DNA of 64,000 bases. Source: an uncultured Bacilli bacterium. Lineage in GTDB: Bacteria > Bacillota_I > Bacilli_A > RF39 > UBA660. Where the stretch lies: contig CALVSA010000002.1 in NCBI GenBank assembly GCA_944358825.1, positions 17,707 through 81,706 of the forward strand, read 5' to 3'. This document shows, in pieces, positions 19,102-29,218 of the stretch. The notes beneath the pieces were generated by a model that was not told the DNA's origin, ran no database searches, and saw only the letters and a list, made by a program, of their open reading frames with translations. The position numbers and the translations under genes were made by a program. Each line of letters starts with the position of its first letter. The stretch's first letter is position 1.

Positions 19102-21054
19102 TTATAGATTTCCTTTATAGAAATATATTTTCATTGCTTCTTCTGTATAAGTAGGTTTTGATATATCTATGTTAAGATAATTTGCTATATAATGGATTAG
19201 ATATTGTACTGCTACTAATAAGTCATATTCACATAGTATTCCATCATATCTACTTTCTATTATTAAAGCTTTGTTATTAGACAAATAATTTAGTAATTTT
19301 TCTTCGTATAAACTGGTACTTTTTTGTTTTAAATATATACTGTTTTTATTATTTAAATGTTCGTAATTTATGAATCTTCCATGTGAGAAATTTTTCTTTT
19401 CATGGACTAGACAATTATAAATGCCAGACTCTATTATTTTACTTTCTAAATCAATAGCAGACGATTCTGTAAAATCTCCCATAAAAATATTGAATTGATT
19501 ACCATTTTCTAACATCTCATTAAATTTTATTATATTGTTATTAAAATATTGTTTCCAATAATTAATACATTCTTTTATAAATTCTTCAACATTATTCATT
19601 TCTTTTTCTTCGAAATATAGCTTTAAAAACAAACTAGCGGGCACTAATGAACCCTCAAATGATAAAAAACCTCTTTCTTTTGATTTATTTGTTTTTGTAC
19701 GATATGAAATAATATTATTTTTATCTATTTTCGTTTGTTCTATAATTTTTTGTATTTCTCCCTTAGTTATTATGTATTTATTGTCATTTTTTATCGCGAA
19801 AGTGGAAACATATAAATCGTTAGTTGTACCTGAATATGTAAATAGAAAAGCTTTATCAACTTGAGAATTATTTCTATAATAAACATCTCTAGGCAATAAC
19901 GATAACGTTGTTATTCCATACACATCATTTATTATTTTAGATGCTATTTTAGCAGGGGCAAAAGACCCTCCTGTACCAATAAAGATACTATTTTTTAAAT
20001 TCAAAAAATCTATTGCTTTTATTTTGTTATATGCATCACTTTTAAGTGCGTTAATTACTCTTATTTCTAAATTATTTATATTAATATTACATCTTTTTAT
20101 TTTTTTTCTAATTGATAATTCAAAATTTTGACAAGAGCATGTATTTTTTATCTTTTTTATTTTATAAAGTCCTTGTATATGACCTCTTGCTCCAAGCTTT
20201 TTTACTACTTTTTTAGTTAATTTTGTTGCTTTTTCAAATGTTTCATCGATAAAATTTTTATCAATTATATAATCTTTTTTTATATACTCGCTAATGAAGC
20301 AAGAGAAAAATGCATCACCAGCACCAGTAGAATCAAGTTCTTCCGCTGGATTTGTAAGTTCTTTTGTAATTTTTGTATTATCAAAAGCAAAATCAGAACC
20401 TTTTTTCCCTCTTGTTACTATGATTAGCTTGGGATTAAACATATTATATATTTCTTCTAGTTTTTTTATTGAGTATCTTTTTTTTAAATATTTTTCTACT
20501 CTTTCATTTAAATTAATAATTTCAAATTTATTTTTAATTTTTTCTATAATTTCTTCATCTTTATAATTGTCTAGCTCAAAGTACTGTCCTAAATCCAGCA
20601 TTTTCTTGTTATGAGATTTATCTATTATTGTTTGATTTTTTAAATTTAAATTATCAAATACTAATATATCGTCTATATTTATTTTTTTTAATATATCTTC
20701 TACATCAATATTACTTTCTTCATACCAATTTTTTTGATTACATATAGGACATCTTTTTTTTGATGTAAATTCTAATTTCTCATTTTTCTCAAAATAAGAA
20801 ACATGAAAACATCTGGTCTTTAAATCTTTAATTATTTCTATATTATCTATATTTACACCTATATCTTCTAAACTTTTAATAGCTATTTTCCCTGCCATAT
20901 CATCTCCGCACACTCCATAGACAGCTGTTGGTATATTCATTGTAGCAATATTTGCAACGATATTGTGCGAAGTCATACCTCCGTTTATACCAACTAGTTT
21001 ATTATCTTTATAATAAAAATCTGTAACTAAATCACCAATACTAATTATTTTCAT
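19102..21054 (-). CDS. Fusion protein: PfkB-family sugar/nucleoside kinase (N-terminus) plus SIS phosphosugar-binding/isomerase domain (C-terminus)
   Basis: N-terminal ribokinase-like fold with the DSTGAGDAF anion-hole motif. C-terminal SIS motifs FIGTGGSFAPAKIAS and FLFTYSGTTND. A Cys cluster CPICN...CSCQN lies between them. Confidence 0.55.
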   Translation of the reverse strand: MKIISIGDLVTDFYYKDNKLVGINGGMTSHNIVANIATMNIPTAVYGVCGDDMAGKIAIKSLEDIGVNIDNIEIIKDLKTRCFHVSYFEKNEKLEFTSKKRCPICNQKNWYEESNIDVEDILKKINIDDILVFDNLNLKNQTIIDKSHNKKMLDLGQYFELDNYKDEEIIEKIKNKFEIINLNERVEKYLKKRYSIKKLEEIYNMFNPKLIIVTRGKKGSDFAFDNTKITKELTNPAEELDSTGAGDAFFSCFISEYIKKDYIIDKNFIDETFEKATKLTKKVVKKLGARGHIQGLYKIKKIKNTCSCQNFELSIRKKIKRCNININNLEIRVINALKSDAYNKIKAIDFLNLKNSIFIGTGGSFAPAKIASKIINDVYGITTLSLLPRDVYYRNNSQVDKAFLFTYSGTTNDLYVSTFAIKNDNKYIITKGEIQKIIEQTKIDKNNIISYRTKTNKSKERGFLSFEGSLVPASLFLKLYFEEKEMNNVEEFIKECINYWKQYFNNNIIKFNEMLENGNQFNIFMGDFTESSAIDLESKIIESGIYNCLVHEKKNFSHGRFINYEHLNNKNSIYLKQKSTSLYEEKLLNYLSNNKALIIESRYDGILCEYDLLVAVQYLIHYIANYLNIDISKPTYTEEAMKIYFYKGNL

Positions 21055-21096
21055 TTCTTACTCCTTATATAATTATTAATTTATTAACTTTACATT

Positions 21097-21124
21097 TTTG
21101 ACAATCTTAATTTTTTTTGTCAAA
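21097..21124. promoter_or_regulatory. Perfect 8-bp inverted repeat TTTGACAA-N12-TTGTCAAA between the two fusion-enzyme genes
   Basis: Seen directly in the sequence. It could be an operator, since it contains a TTGACA -35-like hexamer, or an intercistronic hairpin. Confidence 0.35.
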
Positions 21125-21151
21125 CTATTACATTTATTATCACACTATATC

Positions 21152-23473
21152 TTATTTTAATCTTTTTACATATTTTACCTCACTATTTTGAGAATAATCA
21201 CCATTTTTTGCTAAACATTCTAATATCTTCCTTCTGTTGAGATCAAAAATTCCCAACGAATCTTTATATGGATCTAAACTATTTGGATCTTTCCAACTAT
21301 AGGGACTTGGAAAATACAATCCTTGAATAAAACTAAAAAAGTATTTATAATCAACAGCGCCATGATTTGGCATAAACATTTGACTAATTCTGTTAACACC
21401 CGGATATCTAACGACAACAATTTTATCAATATTTATTCCTATATCATATAAACTTGTTATAGCAAGTTGCATTGTTTTTCCAGTTAGTAAATTATCATCC
21501 ATTAAAATGCATTTTTTATTTTTATCTATTTCTTTTTCTTCTATGCCACCTGCTTTAAATACATCAAAAAAGCGCAAATCTAACGACTGTTTTTTTGAAT
21601 AGCCGGAAACATTTTTATTAAAATTTAAAATCAATATATCTTCTAATTTATTGTTTATTGACTTTGTTATTATTGGAAGTTCTATTCCACCATAGCTCAA
21701 CCCACAAACTCCTTTATTTAATATTTCACAATCTTTACTTAAAGTCAAATAACATGTAATAAAATTCTCTGCAAAATTATCAATTTCACGATAAGCTCTA
21801 AAATCTTTTGAATAATTTTCTTTTCTTTTTTCATTAATAAACATCATTTTAAATTTTTCTGTAATAAAAATTGCATTGTTTATTAAGCAATATACATCTT
21901 TTATATTTATTTTATATTTTTTATCAAAAGATATCTTTTGCATCATTTGACTAACAAACAATAGAATACTATATATTTTAAATATTAAACTTTGATTATT
22001 AACTTTTTGCAAATTTACTAGCAAACTTTTTTGTGGGTTAACATTTATTATCTGCTGATTTAGTAATATAAGCAACTGATTTCTTATATTATCTATTAGG
22101 GCTAAAACCATTTTTGTATCGTTTAAATCCTCTATATATTGAAAATGTTTAATGGCATCTAATGCTTCTAAATAAAATTTCTTATTATTTTCTAACCAAT
22201 TATATACCATTTCTTTTGTTGTTACATCTTCTCCTGTTATTTCATTATGAAATCTTCTGGATAAAAAATAATAATATACTTGTGATCCTCTTAACAAAAT
22301 ATTTTCGTTATCAAACATTGAATATATCATATAGGAAGATACTTGTTTATTCCAAAATATTTTTAATGGATTATTATCATCTATACATATCCACTCATAC
22401 ATGGGTATTTTTATACTTCCACTTGACTTATCATATAATCCATATATACCATCCACTAGCTTGAACTTATCATTAATAATATTATTAAAAACCTGTACCC
22501 GCTGGTTTTTACCTAAATTCATTTGTTTTTCTATTTTTGAATATCCCTTAATATAATCATTTTCAATTGCGTGTACTAAACAAATTGTTGGTAAAAGTTT
22601 AACTTTATTTAATAATAATATAGTAGCATCAACACCAGTTATTATTTGTTTGTCATCATTTATTACTGGAAAACATTTGTCGTTAACTTTACTAGTTTTA
22701 TTAACACTAAATCCTTGTGAACAGTTAAGCATACTATAATCATTTCCTAATTCATCTCCACAGTCACCAATTCTTAACATCGAACTTTCTGGTATTCCAA
22801 TAATTCTTTCAGCGGTCATAATTGCTTTACTTTTAGTTGCTGCGCCTATTTGAATAATTTTATTACCATTGAATATTCCAATACTCATGTTTATGTTTTC
22901 TGAATTTATCATTTTTATAGAATCTTTTATCAAATTCAAAATATAATCATCTATTGTTTTGTTATTAGAATGTATTTCTATTATAATATTAATAATTTTT
23001 TTTAATTTTTTATCTATTGAATGTGTAACATTACAATACTTTGACATTCTTTTGTCTGTTAGTTTTTTTATTAATTCACTATTTACGTTTTTTAAGTTTT
23101 CTAAATCTGATGATGAGATAATATATTTATCTTGATCAAATACTTTTGTGCTATTTAAAGTTGTAGTGAAAATTCTTGCACCATCATTTGTGATAGCATA
23201 CAATCTAGACAATTGCTTATTACTAACTTTATATTTTATTTTTAATACTTCAATTATTTCTTTTTCTAATCTTTGCAATACTGTTTCGCCTCTACCAGTA
23301 ATAAACACAACTGGAATGTAATCTTTTAATATTTCGGCTAATATCGGTATAATCCTTTGGTCTATTTTTATTGAATTATTCTCTGTCAACGTTCCATCGA
23401 CATCTAAACATACTGCATTATATTTTTGACTTAATGCTTTATTATAATTTTGTATTAATTTTTCTTCTAACAT
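21152..23473 (-). CDS. Fusion protein: HAD-IIB (Cof-type) phosphatase N-terminus, central domain of unknown function, C-terminal type I phosphoribosyltransferase domain
   Basis: HAD motif I CLDVDGTLTEN. C-terminal PRPP-binding motif KCILMDDNLLTGKTM with GLSYGGIELP upstream. Total 773 aa. Confidence 0.55.
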   Translation of the reverse strand: MLEEKLIQNYNKALSQKYNAVCLDVDGTLTENNSIKIDQRIIPILAEILKDYIPVVFITGRGETVLQRLEKEIIEVLKIKYKVSNKQLSRLYAITNDGARIFTTTLNSTKVFDQDKYIISSSDLENLKNVNSELIKKLTDKRMSKYCNVTHSIDKKLKKIINIIIEIHSNNKTIDDYILNLIKDSIKMINSENINMSIGIFNGNKIIQIGAATKSKAIMTAERIIGIPESSMLRIGDCGDELGNDYSMLNCSQGFSVNKTSKVNDKCFPVINDDKQIITGVDATILLLNKVKLLPTICLVHAIENDYIKGYSKIEKQMNLGKNQRVQVFNNIINDKFKLVDGIYGLYDKSSGSIKIPMYEWICIDDNNPLKIFWNKQVSSYMIYSMFDNENILLRGSQVYYYFLSRRFHNEITGEDVTTKEMVYNWLENNKKFYLEALDAIKHFQYIEDLNDTKMVLALIDNIRNQLLILLNQQIINVNPQKSLLVNLQKVNNQSLIFKIYSILLFVSQMMQKISFDKKYKINIKDVYCLINNAIFITEKFKMMFINEKRKENYSKDFRAYREIDNFAENFITCYLTLSKDCEILNKGVCGLSYGGIELPIITKSINNKLEDILILNFNKNVSGYSKKQSLDLRFFDVFKAGGIEEKEIDKNKKCILMDDNLLTGKTMQLAITSLYDIGINIDKIVVVRYPGVNRISQMFMPNHGAVDYKYFFSFIQGLYFPSPYSWKDPNSLDPYKDSLGIFDLNRRKILECLAKNGDYSQNSEVKYVKRLK

Positions 23474-23619
23474 AGCTACCTCTCAATTATTTTTTCAAAC
23501 TTTTTATTGTTTTGAACTCTTCATTCAGTATCGAATATTACTCCGTCAAAATCTATTAAAATTTTCTTATTATTCACGTTTTTCCATCACTCCTTTTATT
23601 TTTAAAATCGTTTTAAATA

Positions 23620-23701
23620 ATTTTCTTTATTATACTACAATATTTGATGTTAATAAATAAAATTTAGTAATTTATATAAAAAAACTAACAATTAAGTTAG
23701 T
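23620..23701. repeat. 82-bp direct repeat copy 2, identical to 19017..19098
   Basis: Identical sequence. The terminator hairpin overlaps the stop codon of the ABC-2 permease gene. Confidence 0.9.
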
Positions 23702-24860
23702 TTGAAAACAAAATATTTTCTGATTTATATTGTTTTATTATTACTTTTAATACAATTGCAATAATTACAACTGTTGATATTAACATTAATACTATATTTA
23801 ATATATCAAAATTTCCATTAACTAAATCAGTAAATATCATTGTATAATTTAAAAATGGAATTATAGAATATATAGCACTATTTTCTAAATTAACCATAAA
23901 TGCAATCATTGATGGAAAGAAAGATATAAATGTAAGTGGTGTTAAAGCACTTTGAGCTTCTTTAAATGATTTTGATTTACTTGCTATTGCTATACATAAA
24001 CCACTAATTAATAAAGAGTATGCAATAATTGTAACGATTGCATAAATTATACTACTTAATGGTAACATCAAATTAGCATTTTGATATATTGTAAACATAT
24101 CTTTTGCTATAAATAATGATACTATAGTTAATATTAGACTAATTATACCAGTAATTATTGAAGATAAGGAAACACTAAAGAATTTACCTAAAATAATATC
24201 TTTACTTTTAATTGGAAAAGTTAGTAGAGTTTCTAATGTTCCTCTTTCTTTTTCTCCTGCAGTGGCATCAGTTGCAGGATAAGTTGCAGATACTGTAATA
24301 GCCATAATTATAAATAAGAAGGCATAAACTGTTATGTAATTTGCAAAATAATTTTCTTGTTCACTTATATTTTTATTAATATTAATTATATTTAAAACAT
24401 TATTTACATCTATATTATTATTTATTAAATACTCGTTTTGTAAATACTCTTTATATGTATTTAGATAAGTTTCCGCTAATATAGTGGCTAGTGATGATAT
24501 TTCATTATCGCTACCATTAATTGTATAATTATTATTTTCTTTAGTTATATATAAATCGATTTCACCATTATTATATTTTTCTACTAATTTCTCTTTGGTA
24601 TCGTATACTGTAACGATATTGGTATTTTTTATTATTTCTTGTTCAACTTTTTCCGGTTCATAATTAATACCAATAGTATTATATTCACTAATATCTCTAT
24701 TCATTTGTGCTTCAAATAATGCTGACATTCCTAATACTAATAGTGGTATCATAAATGGAATAATAAGCATCATTGCTAATGATTTTTTATCTCTAAACAT
24801 TTCTCTTAATTCTTTTTTTAATACAAATAATAGATTACTTTTCATGTTTTTCACTTCCAA
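23697..24860 (-). CDS. ABC-2 family transporter permease (NatB-like)
   Basis: 387 aa with a large first extracytoplasmic loop and then 5-6 TM segments. Its start overlaps the end of the ATPase gene. Confidence 0.7.
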   Translation of the reverse strand: MEVKNMKSNLLFVLKKELREMFRDKKSLAMMLIIPFMIPLLVLGMSALFEAQMNRDISEYNTIGINYEPEKVEQEIIKNTNIVTVYDTKEKLVEKYNNGEIDLYITKENNNYTINGSDNEISSLATILAETYLNTYKEYLQNEYLINNNIDVNNVLNIININKNISEQENYFANYITVYAFLFIIMAITVSATYPATDATAGEKERGTLETLLTFPIKSKDIILGKFFSVSLSSIITGIISLILTIVSLFIAKDMFTIYQNANLMLPLSSIIYAIVTIIAYSLLISGLCIAIASKSKSFKEAQSALTPLTFISFFPSMIAFMVNLENSAIYSIIPFLNYTMIFTDLVNGNFDILNIVLMLISTVVIIAIVLKVIIKQYKSENILFSN

Positions 24861-25593
24861 TCAAACTAAAGAAAGCATCTCTTAAATTAGTTGTGTTTGT
24901 ATCTTTTTTTATTTCTTTAGGTGTTCCTGTTTTTATGACTTTTCCTTTATTAATCATAATAACTTGATCACATATATTTTCTGCTTCTTCCATGTAATGG
25001 GTTGAATATAAAATAGTTTTACCTTTTTTCTTTTCTTCTTTTATAAAATCTAATATTATTTGACTAGATATAATATCAAGTCCACTAGTCGCTTCATCTA
25101 ATATGTAGTAACTGGGATTATGTATTAGGCATCTAGCAATATTTACTCTTTGAGTTTGTCCAGTTGATAGTTTTTCGATTCTATTATATAAAAAACTATT
25201 CATTTCTAATACTTTTGATATTTCTTTTATTCTTTTATCTATTTCATTTTTTTCTACTTGATAGAAATTAGCACACATACTAAGTAGTTCATAGGCTGAT
25301 AATGAATTATAGATTTTTGTATTACCTGATAAATAAGCAATATTTTTCTTTATTTCTATTTCATTATTTTTATAAGTCATTCCATCAAACTCTATGGTTC
25401 CTTTTGTCGGCTCAAGAATACCTGCGATCATACGTAGTAATGTTGTCTTCCCCGCTCCATTTGGTCCTAAAATGCCGATTATTTGGCCTTTATCAGCAGT
25501 AAAAGAAATATTTTTGTCTGCAAAAAATTCTTCTTTTTGCTTTTTAGCATTTACTCTTATAAACTTTTTTTCTAAATTAGTTACTTTTAGCAT
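24835..25593 (-). CDS. ABC transporter ATP-binding protein (NatA-like)
   Basis: Walker A GPNGAGKTT, signature LSTGQTQRV and Walker B ILDEATSGLD. Confidence 0.85.
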   Translation of the reverse strand: MLKVTNLEKKFIRVNAKKQKEEFFADKNISFTADKGQIIGILGPNGAGKTTLLRMIAGILEPTKGTIEFDGMTYKNNEIEIKKNIAYLSGNTKIYNSLSAYELLSMCANFYQVEKNEIDKRIKEISKVLEMNSFLYNRIEKLSTGQTQRVNIARCLIHNPSYYILDEATSGLDIISSQIILDFIKEEKKKGKTILYSTHYMEEAENICDQVIMINKGKVIKTGTPKEIKKDTNTTNLRDAFFSLIGSEKHEK

Positions 25594-25731
25594 AAATTTC
25601 TCCTTACTTTTTTATTTTTAATATTTAGCTTATCATCACATTTTTGTAATGTATCACATCCCTAGTAATTATATCATAATTATAATAATTAATATAGCTA
25701 TTAATATAAAATTAATTATTATAATAAAACC

Positions 25732-26700
25732 TCATTTTACAAAATATTTTTTTACTTTATTTATAATAAGAGCAAATATAATACTTATAATAACTACTAC
25801 TATATAATGTATTAGATTATTATATACTAGTATTTCTTCTAAATTAAATATTTTTGCTATAAATCTAACTACTACAATAAAAAATGGATGGAATATATAT
25901 ATAGTTGTTGCCATATTTCTATATTTAATATTTTCGCCTTTATAATTAATTAAAAAACTAAATAAGAAATACATTGTCGGTATTAACATTAAATACATAC
26001 TATCGTGTTTTTGAATGTTGAAATTATGTAAGATTAAGCCTTCTACTATCATTAGAAGATAAAATACTATAAATAGATATAAACTTTTTGTTTTATCGGT
26101 TTTCTTATTATTTAGAAAATATCCTAAAAATAGGAAAATTGGAACATAAAACAACCCATTTCTAGTATAATCAAATATAGTAAATATTTTGTTATAAATA
26201 TTTAAGAAAAACTCATTATTTAAATAATAATAACTATCTCCAAATAAACCAATTAGATATAAAATTATACTAATTATAAAAACTACATTGGTCTTAAAGT
26301 TTTTAACTAAAAAATATAAAATCCATATTCCTAATATTAAAGCAGGAAAATACCATAAATGATAAAATGCTCCTTCAATAAATATGTCTTTTAATATATT
26401 TGCAATACTAAACTCATAACCAGCATAGATATTGATTGGTAAATATAATAATATACAAAGAAGATATATTTTTATAATATTTATAGTATACTTTTTTAAA
26501 ACATTTATATTTTTTAGAGCTTTTGGAATAACAAAATAACCTGTTATCATTAAAAATAGTGGTACTCCTATTCTACATATTACATGAGTGAATATAAAAT
26601 CTAGAGTTGTATTAATCGTGTAGAATGGAAAAATGTGAATTGCTACAATTAATATGGCCGCAATTAATCTGGCAAAATCAAGATTTAATATTTTATTCAT
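25732..26700 (-). CDS. Acyltransferase family 3 membrane protein (O-acyltransferase)
   Basis: 322 aa and polytopic, with an acyltransferase_3-type N-terminus (..HIFPFY.., HLWYF). Confidence 0.65.
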   Translation of the reverse strand: MNKILNLDFARLIAAILIVAIHIFPFYTINTTLDFIFTHVICRIGVPLFLMITGYFVIPKALKNINVLKKYTINIIKIYLLCILLYLPINIYAGYEFSIANILKDIFIEGAFYHLWYFPALILGIWILYFLVKNFKTNVVFIISIILYLIGLFGDSYYYLNNEFFLNIYNKIFTIFDYTRNGLFYVPIFLFLGYFLNNKKTDKTKSLYLFIVFYLLMIVEGLILHNFNIQKHDSMYLMLIPTMYFLFSFLINYKGENIKYRNMATTIYIFHPFFIVVVRFIAKIFNLEEILVYNNLIHYIVVVIISIIFALIINKVKKYFVK

Positions 26701-26977
26701 ATTTATCCTTTCTATAAATTATATTTTTCTTTTAATTAAAATATTTCAATATTATTATACATTTTATATTTATAAATACTTTAAATATCACCTCACTTGT
26801 AATTAAACTATAACATGTAAAACATATGTTGGTCAACATTTTTTAAATCAAAAAGATTATTTTGTTACAGTTCTATATTTAGTTTTGTTAGAATTAAATC
26901 TGATGCGACTTTTTTGTTTGTTCTTGAACGAAGAACTTTCCTATTTAATAAATAAACTATTAAATAAAAAAGATAAT

Positions 26978-27616
26978 TTAAGTAAGCTTTTTACTATCAA
27001 CTATCTTTCCTTCTTCTAAAAATATTTCTTCATCACATAATATTTCTACATCTTCTTTATTATGGGTTGCAACTATTATTAAAGTATCTTTATTTTTTAT
27101 ACTTAAAATTAATTTTCTTATTTTATCAACACTTTTAGTATCTAATCCATTAAATGGTTCATCTAATAAAATAATATTTGGTTTTTCCATTAAGGCTTGA
27201 GCAAGAGCTAGTTTTTGTTTCATACCTAAAGAGTATTTAGAATATTTTTTATCTTTTTCTTCTAACAAGCAAACTTTATCTAATATATCTAATATGTCCT
27301 TTTTAGTTATTATTTTTTTGATGCTCGCTAATAATTCCAAGTTTTCATAACCTGTTAATTCGTTTAAAAATTTAGGTTTTTCTATTAAAACTCCAAAGTT
27401 ATATTTATAAAATTCTTCATCCATTTTTTTATCATTTATTAATATAGTTCCACTTGTTGGTTTAATTAAATTACAAAGCAAGCGAAGAAGCATGGTTTTT
27501 CCACTGCCATTTCTTCCAATTAAAGCATAAGTTTTTCCTTTTTTAAATGTATATGTTATATCTTTTAATACTATAGTTTTGTCTATTTCTTTTGATACTT
27601 TTTCTAATTTAATCAT
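26978..27616 (-). CDS. ABC transporter ATP-binding protein, short LanF-like ATPase of a three-gene ABC-2 exporter
   Basis: 212 aa. Walker A GRNGSGKT, signature SLGMKQKLALAQAL and Walker B ILLDEPFNGLD. Confidence 0.8.
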   Translation of the reverse strand: MIKLEKVSKEIDKTIVLKDITYTFKKGKTYALIGRNGSGKTMLLRLLCNLIKPTSGTILINDKKMDEEFYKYNFGVLIEKPKFLNELTGYENLELLASIKKIITKKDILDILDKVCLLEEKDKKYSKYSLGMKQKLALAQALMEKPNIILLDEPFNGLDTKSVDKIRKLILSIKNKDTLIIVATHNKEDVEILCDEEIFLEEGKIVDSKKLT

Positions 27617-28341
27617 TATTCTTCCTCGCTTTCTTGATAAAATTCTTTTTTATTTATAATTTTATTTAATATTATTATTGTTATTAGTAATATAATTAAA
27701 AAATATATACTACTAAATATAATATTACTTGTAATTGTATTAAATACTTGGTTTGTATCATATAAATAAATATTTGGTAAAATAAATTCTATATATGGTA
27801 TTATACCTAATAAATATTTAGAAAAATATAATATTGCTATTAATATAAAACTAGCTAAATTAGCAATTTTACTTTTTTTAAAGAAAAGATAAAAACTTAG
27901 AATAATAAATGAAAATATGATTAACCATACCCACATCTTAATAATAGCTAATATTAATAGATAAAAGTTTGCTAAATCTAGACCTAGATGAGAAGTTATA
28001 TTACACATTATTAATGTTAGTAATAGTAATAATATGTATATAATACTATTTACTTTAAAAACTGTCTTTAGCATAAACATAAGATAGCGTTTTCTATTTT
28101 TAAATCTAATTATTAAGTTATTATTATTTAGTTGTTTAAATAAATATGAGGTTATTAAAATAAATGATGGTAAAGTGAATATAAGATTAAAATTAGTATT
28201 AAAAAATGTATTTAAAAATTTATTTATATAATCAAAATTTATATAATAATTTGAAAATATATAAGCTCCAATTCCATAGTAGAAAATTATAAATAATACT
28301 AGTTTATTACTAGATAAATTATAAATATATTTACTACTCAT
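27616..28341 (-). CDS. ABC-2 type permease subunit (LanE/LanG-like 6-TM membrane protein)
   Basis: 241 aa and very hydrophobic. It overlaps the ATPase stop and start, so translation is coupled. Confidence 0.55.
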   Translation of the reverse strand: MSSKYIYNLSSNKLVLFIIFYYGIGAYIFSNYYINFDYINKFLNTFFNTNFNLIFTLPSFILITSYLFKQLNNNNLIIRFKNRKRYLMFMLKTVFKVNSIIYILLLLLTLIMCNITSHLGLDLANFYLLILAIIKMWVWLIIFSFIILSFYLFFKKSKIANLASFILIAILYFSKYLLGIIPYIEFILPNIYLYDTNQVFNTITSNIIFSSIYFLIILLITIIILNKIINKKEFYQESEEE

Positions 28342-29141
28342 TTTAGCACCACTTTTTCTTTATCTTTGTATGTTATATAAATTATTAATCCTAATATTAT
28401 ATTTCTAATAATTCCAAAAAATATATTTACAAAATAATTTCCACGAGCACAGAAGTAATCATCATATATATTAATGTTATAAAACATATCATTATTAGTT
28501 ATACTATATAATATATTTGATATTAAACTTCCTTCAATAAATGCAATTAGAAATACTATCATAAGTGTTAATCCTAATACTAGATAAAACTTTTTAAAAA
28601 AGCGTGATAATATAATAGCAATACTAGTAATTGTAAAACTATATAAACTAATTGATATCAATGAAAATATTACATGGACAAAAGGATTATCAACACTTGG
28701 AAAATTATGTATATGAAGTCCTGTTTCATTAATTTCGGGGCTAAAGAAAATTGATGCTATTATAAATATTATTAAAGAGAATAATGGAAATAATAATAAA
28801 GCTTTTTTATAGCAAGTTAACATACTTTTGGTCATAAACTTTTTATATGTTATTTTAGTAATTATACTTTCTATAAAACCAGAATTTATTATTTTAAAAA
28901 AGGAATAGACACATACAAAAGGAATAATTATTTGAGACAAAAAGCCGATTGCACTACCTATTCCATGATTCATAGTGTAAAACCAAAAGGAATAACTACT
29001 TACTTTAGTTATATCCATTACTCCAAATGGTGTATATATTGCTGTGATATAATTAATAATAGCAATAATTAATAAAAGCAAAAAAACAATAATTGATGTT
29101 TTGTATTTTTTTAATATCATGATTACCTCCAAATAAAGCAA
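28338..29141 (-). CDS. ABC-2 type permease subunit (LanE/LanG-like)
   Basis: 267 aa polytopic membrane protein. It overlaps the downstream permease gene by 4 nt. Confidence 0.55.
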   Translation of the reverse strand: MLYLEVIMILKKYKTSIIVFLLLLIIAIINYITAIYTPFGVMDITKVSSYSFWFYTMNHGIGSAIGFLSQIIIPFVCVYSFFKIINSGFIESIITKITYKKFMTKSMLTCYKKALLLFPLFSLIIFIIASIFFSPEINETGLHIHNFPSVDNPFVHVIFSLISISLYSFTITSIAIILSRFFKKFYLVLGLTLMIVFLIAFIEGSLISNILYSITNNDMFYNINIYDDYFCARGNYFVNIFFGIIRNIILGLIIYITYKDKEKVVLK

Positions 29142-29218
29142 GAGTATGAATATTATTTTCTATTAATAACTCCAATCAAAACTAGTATAAGTTGTTTTTG
29201 TATAATTCCAACGCGAAT

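Noticed and set aside
26890-26920. Inverted repeat GTTCTTgaacgaAGAAC between the acyltransferase and LanF-like genes as a terminator
   Set aside because: No convincing U-run follows on either strand, and the orientation relative to flanking genes is ambiguous. It is left unannotated.
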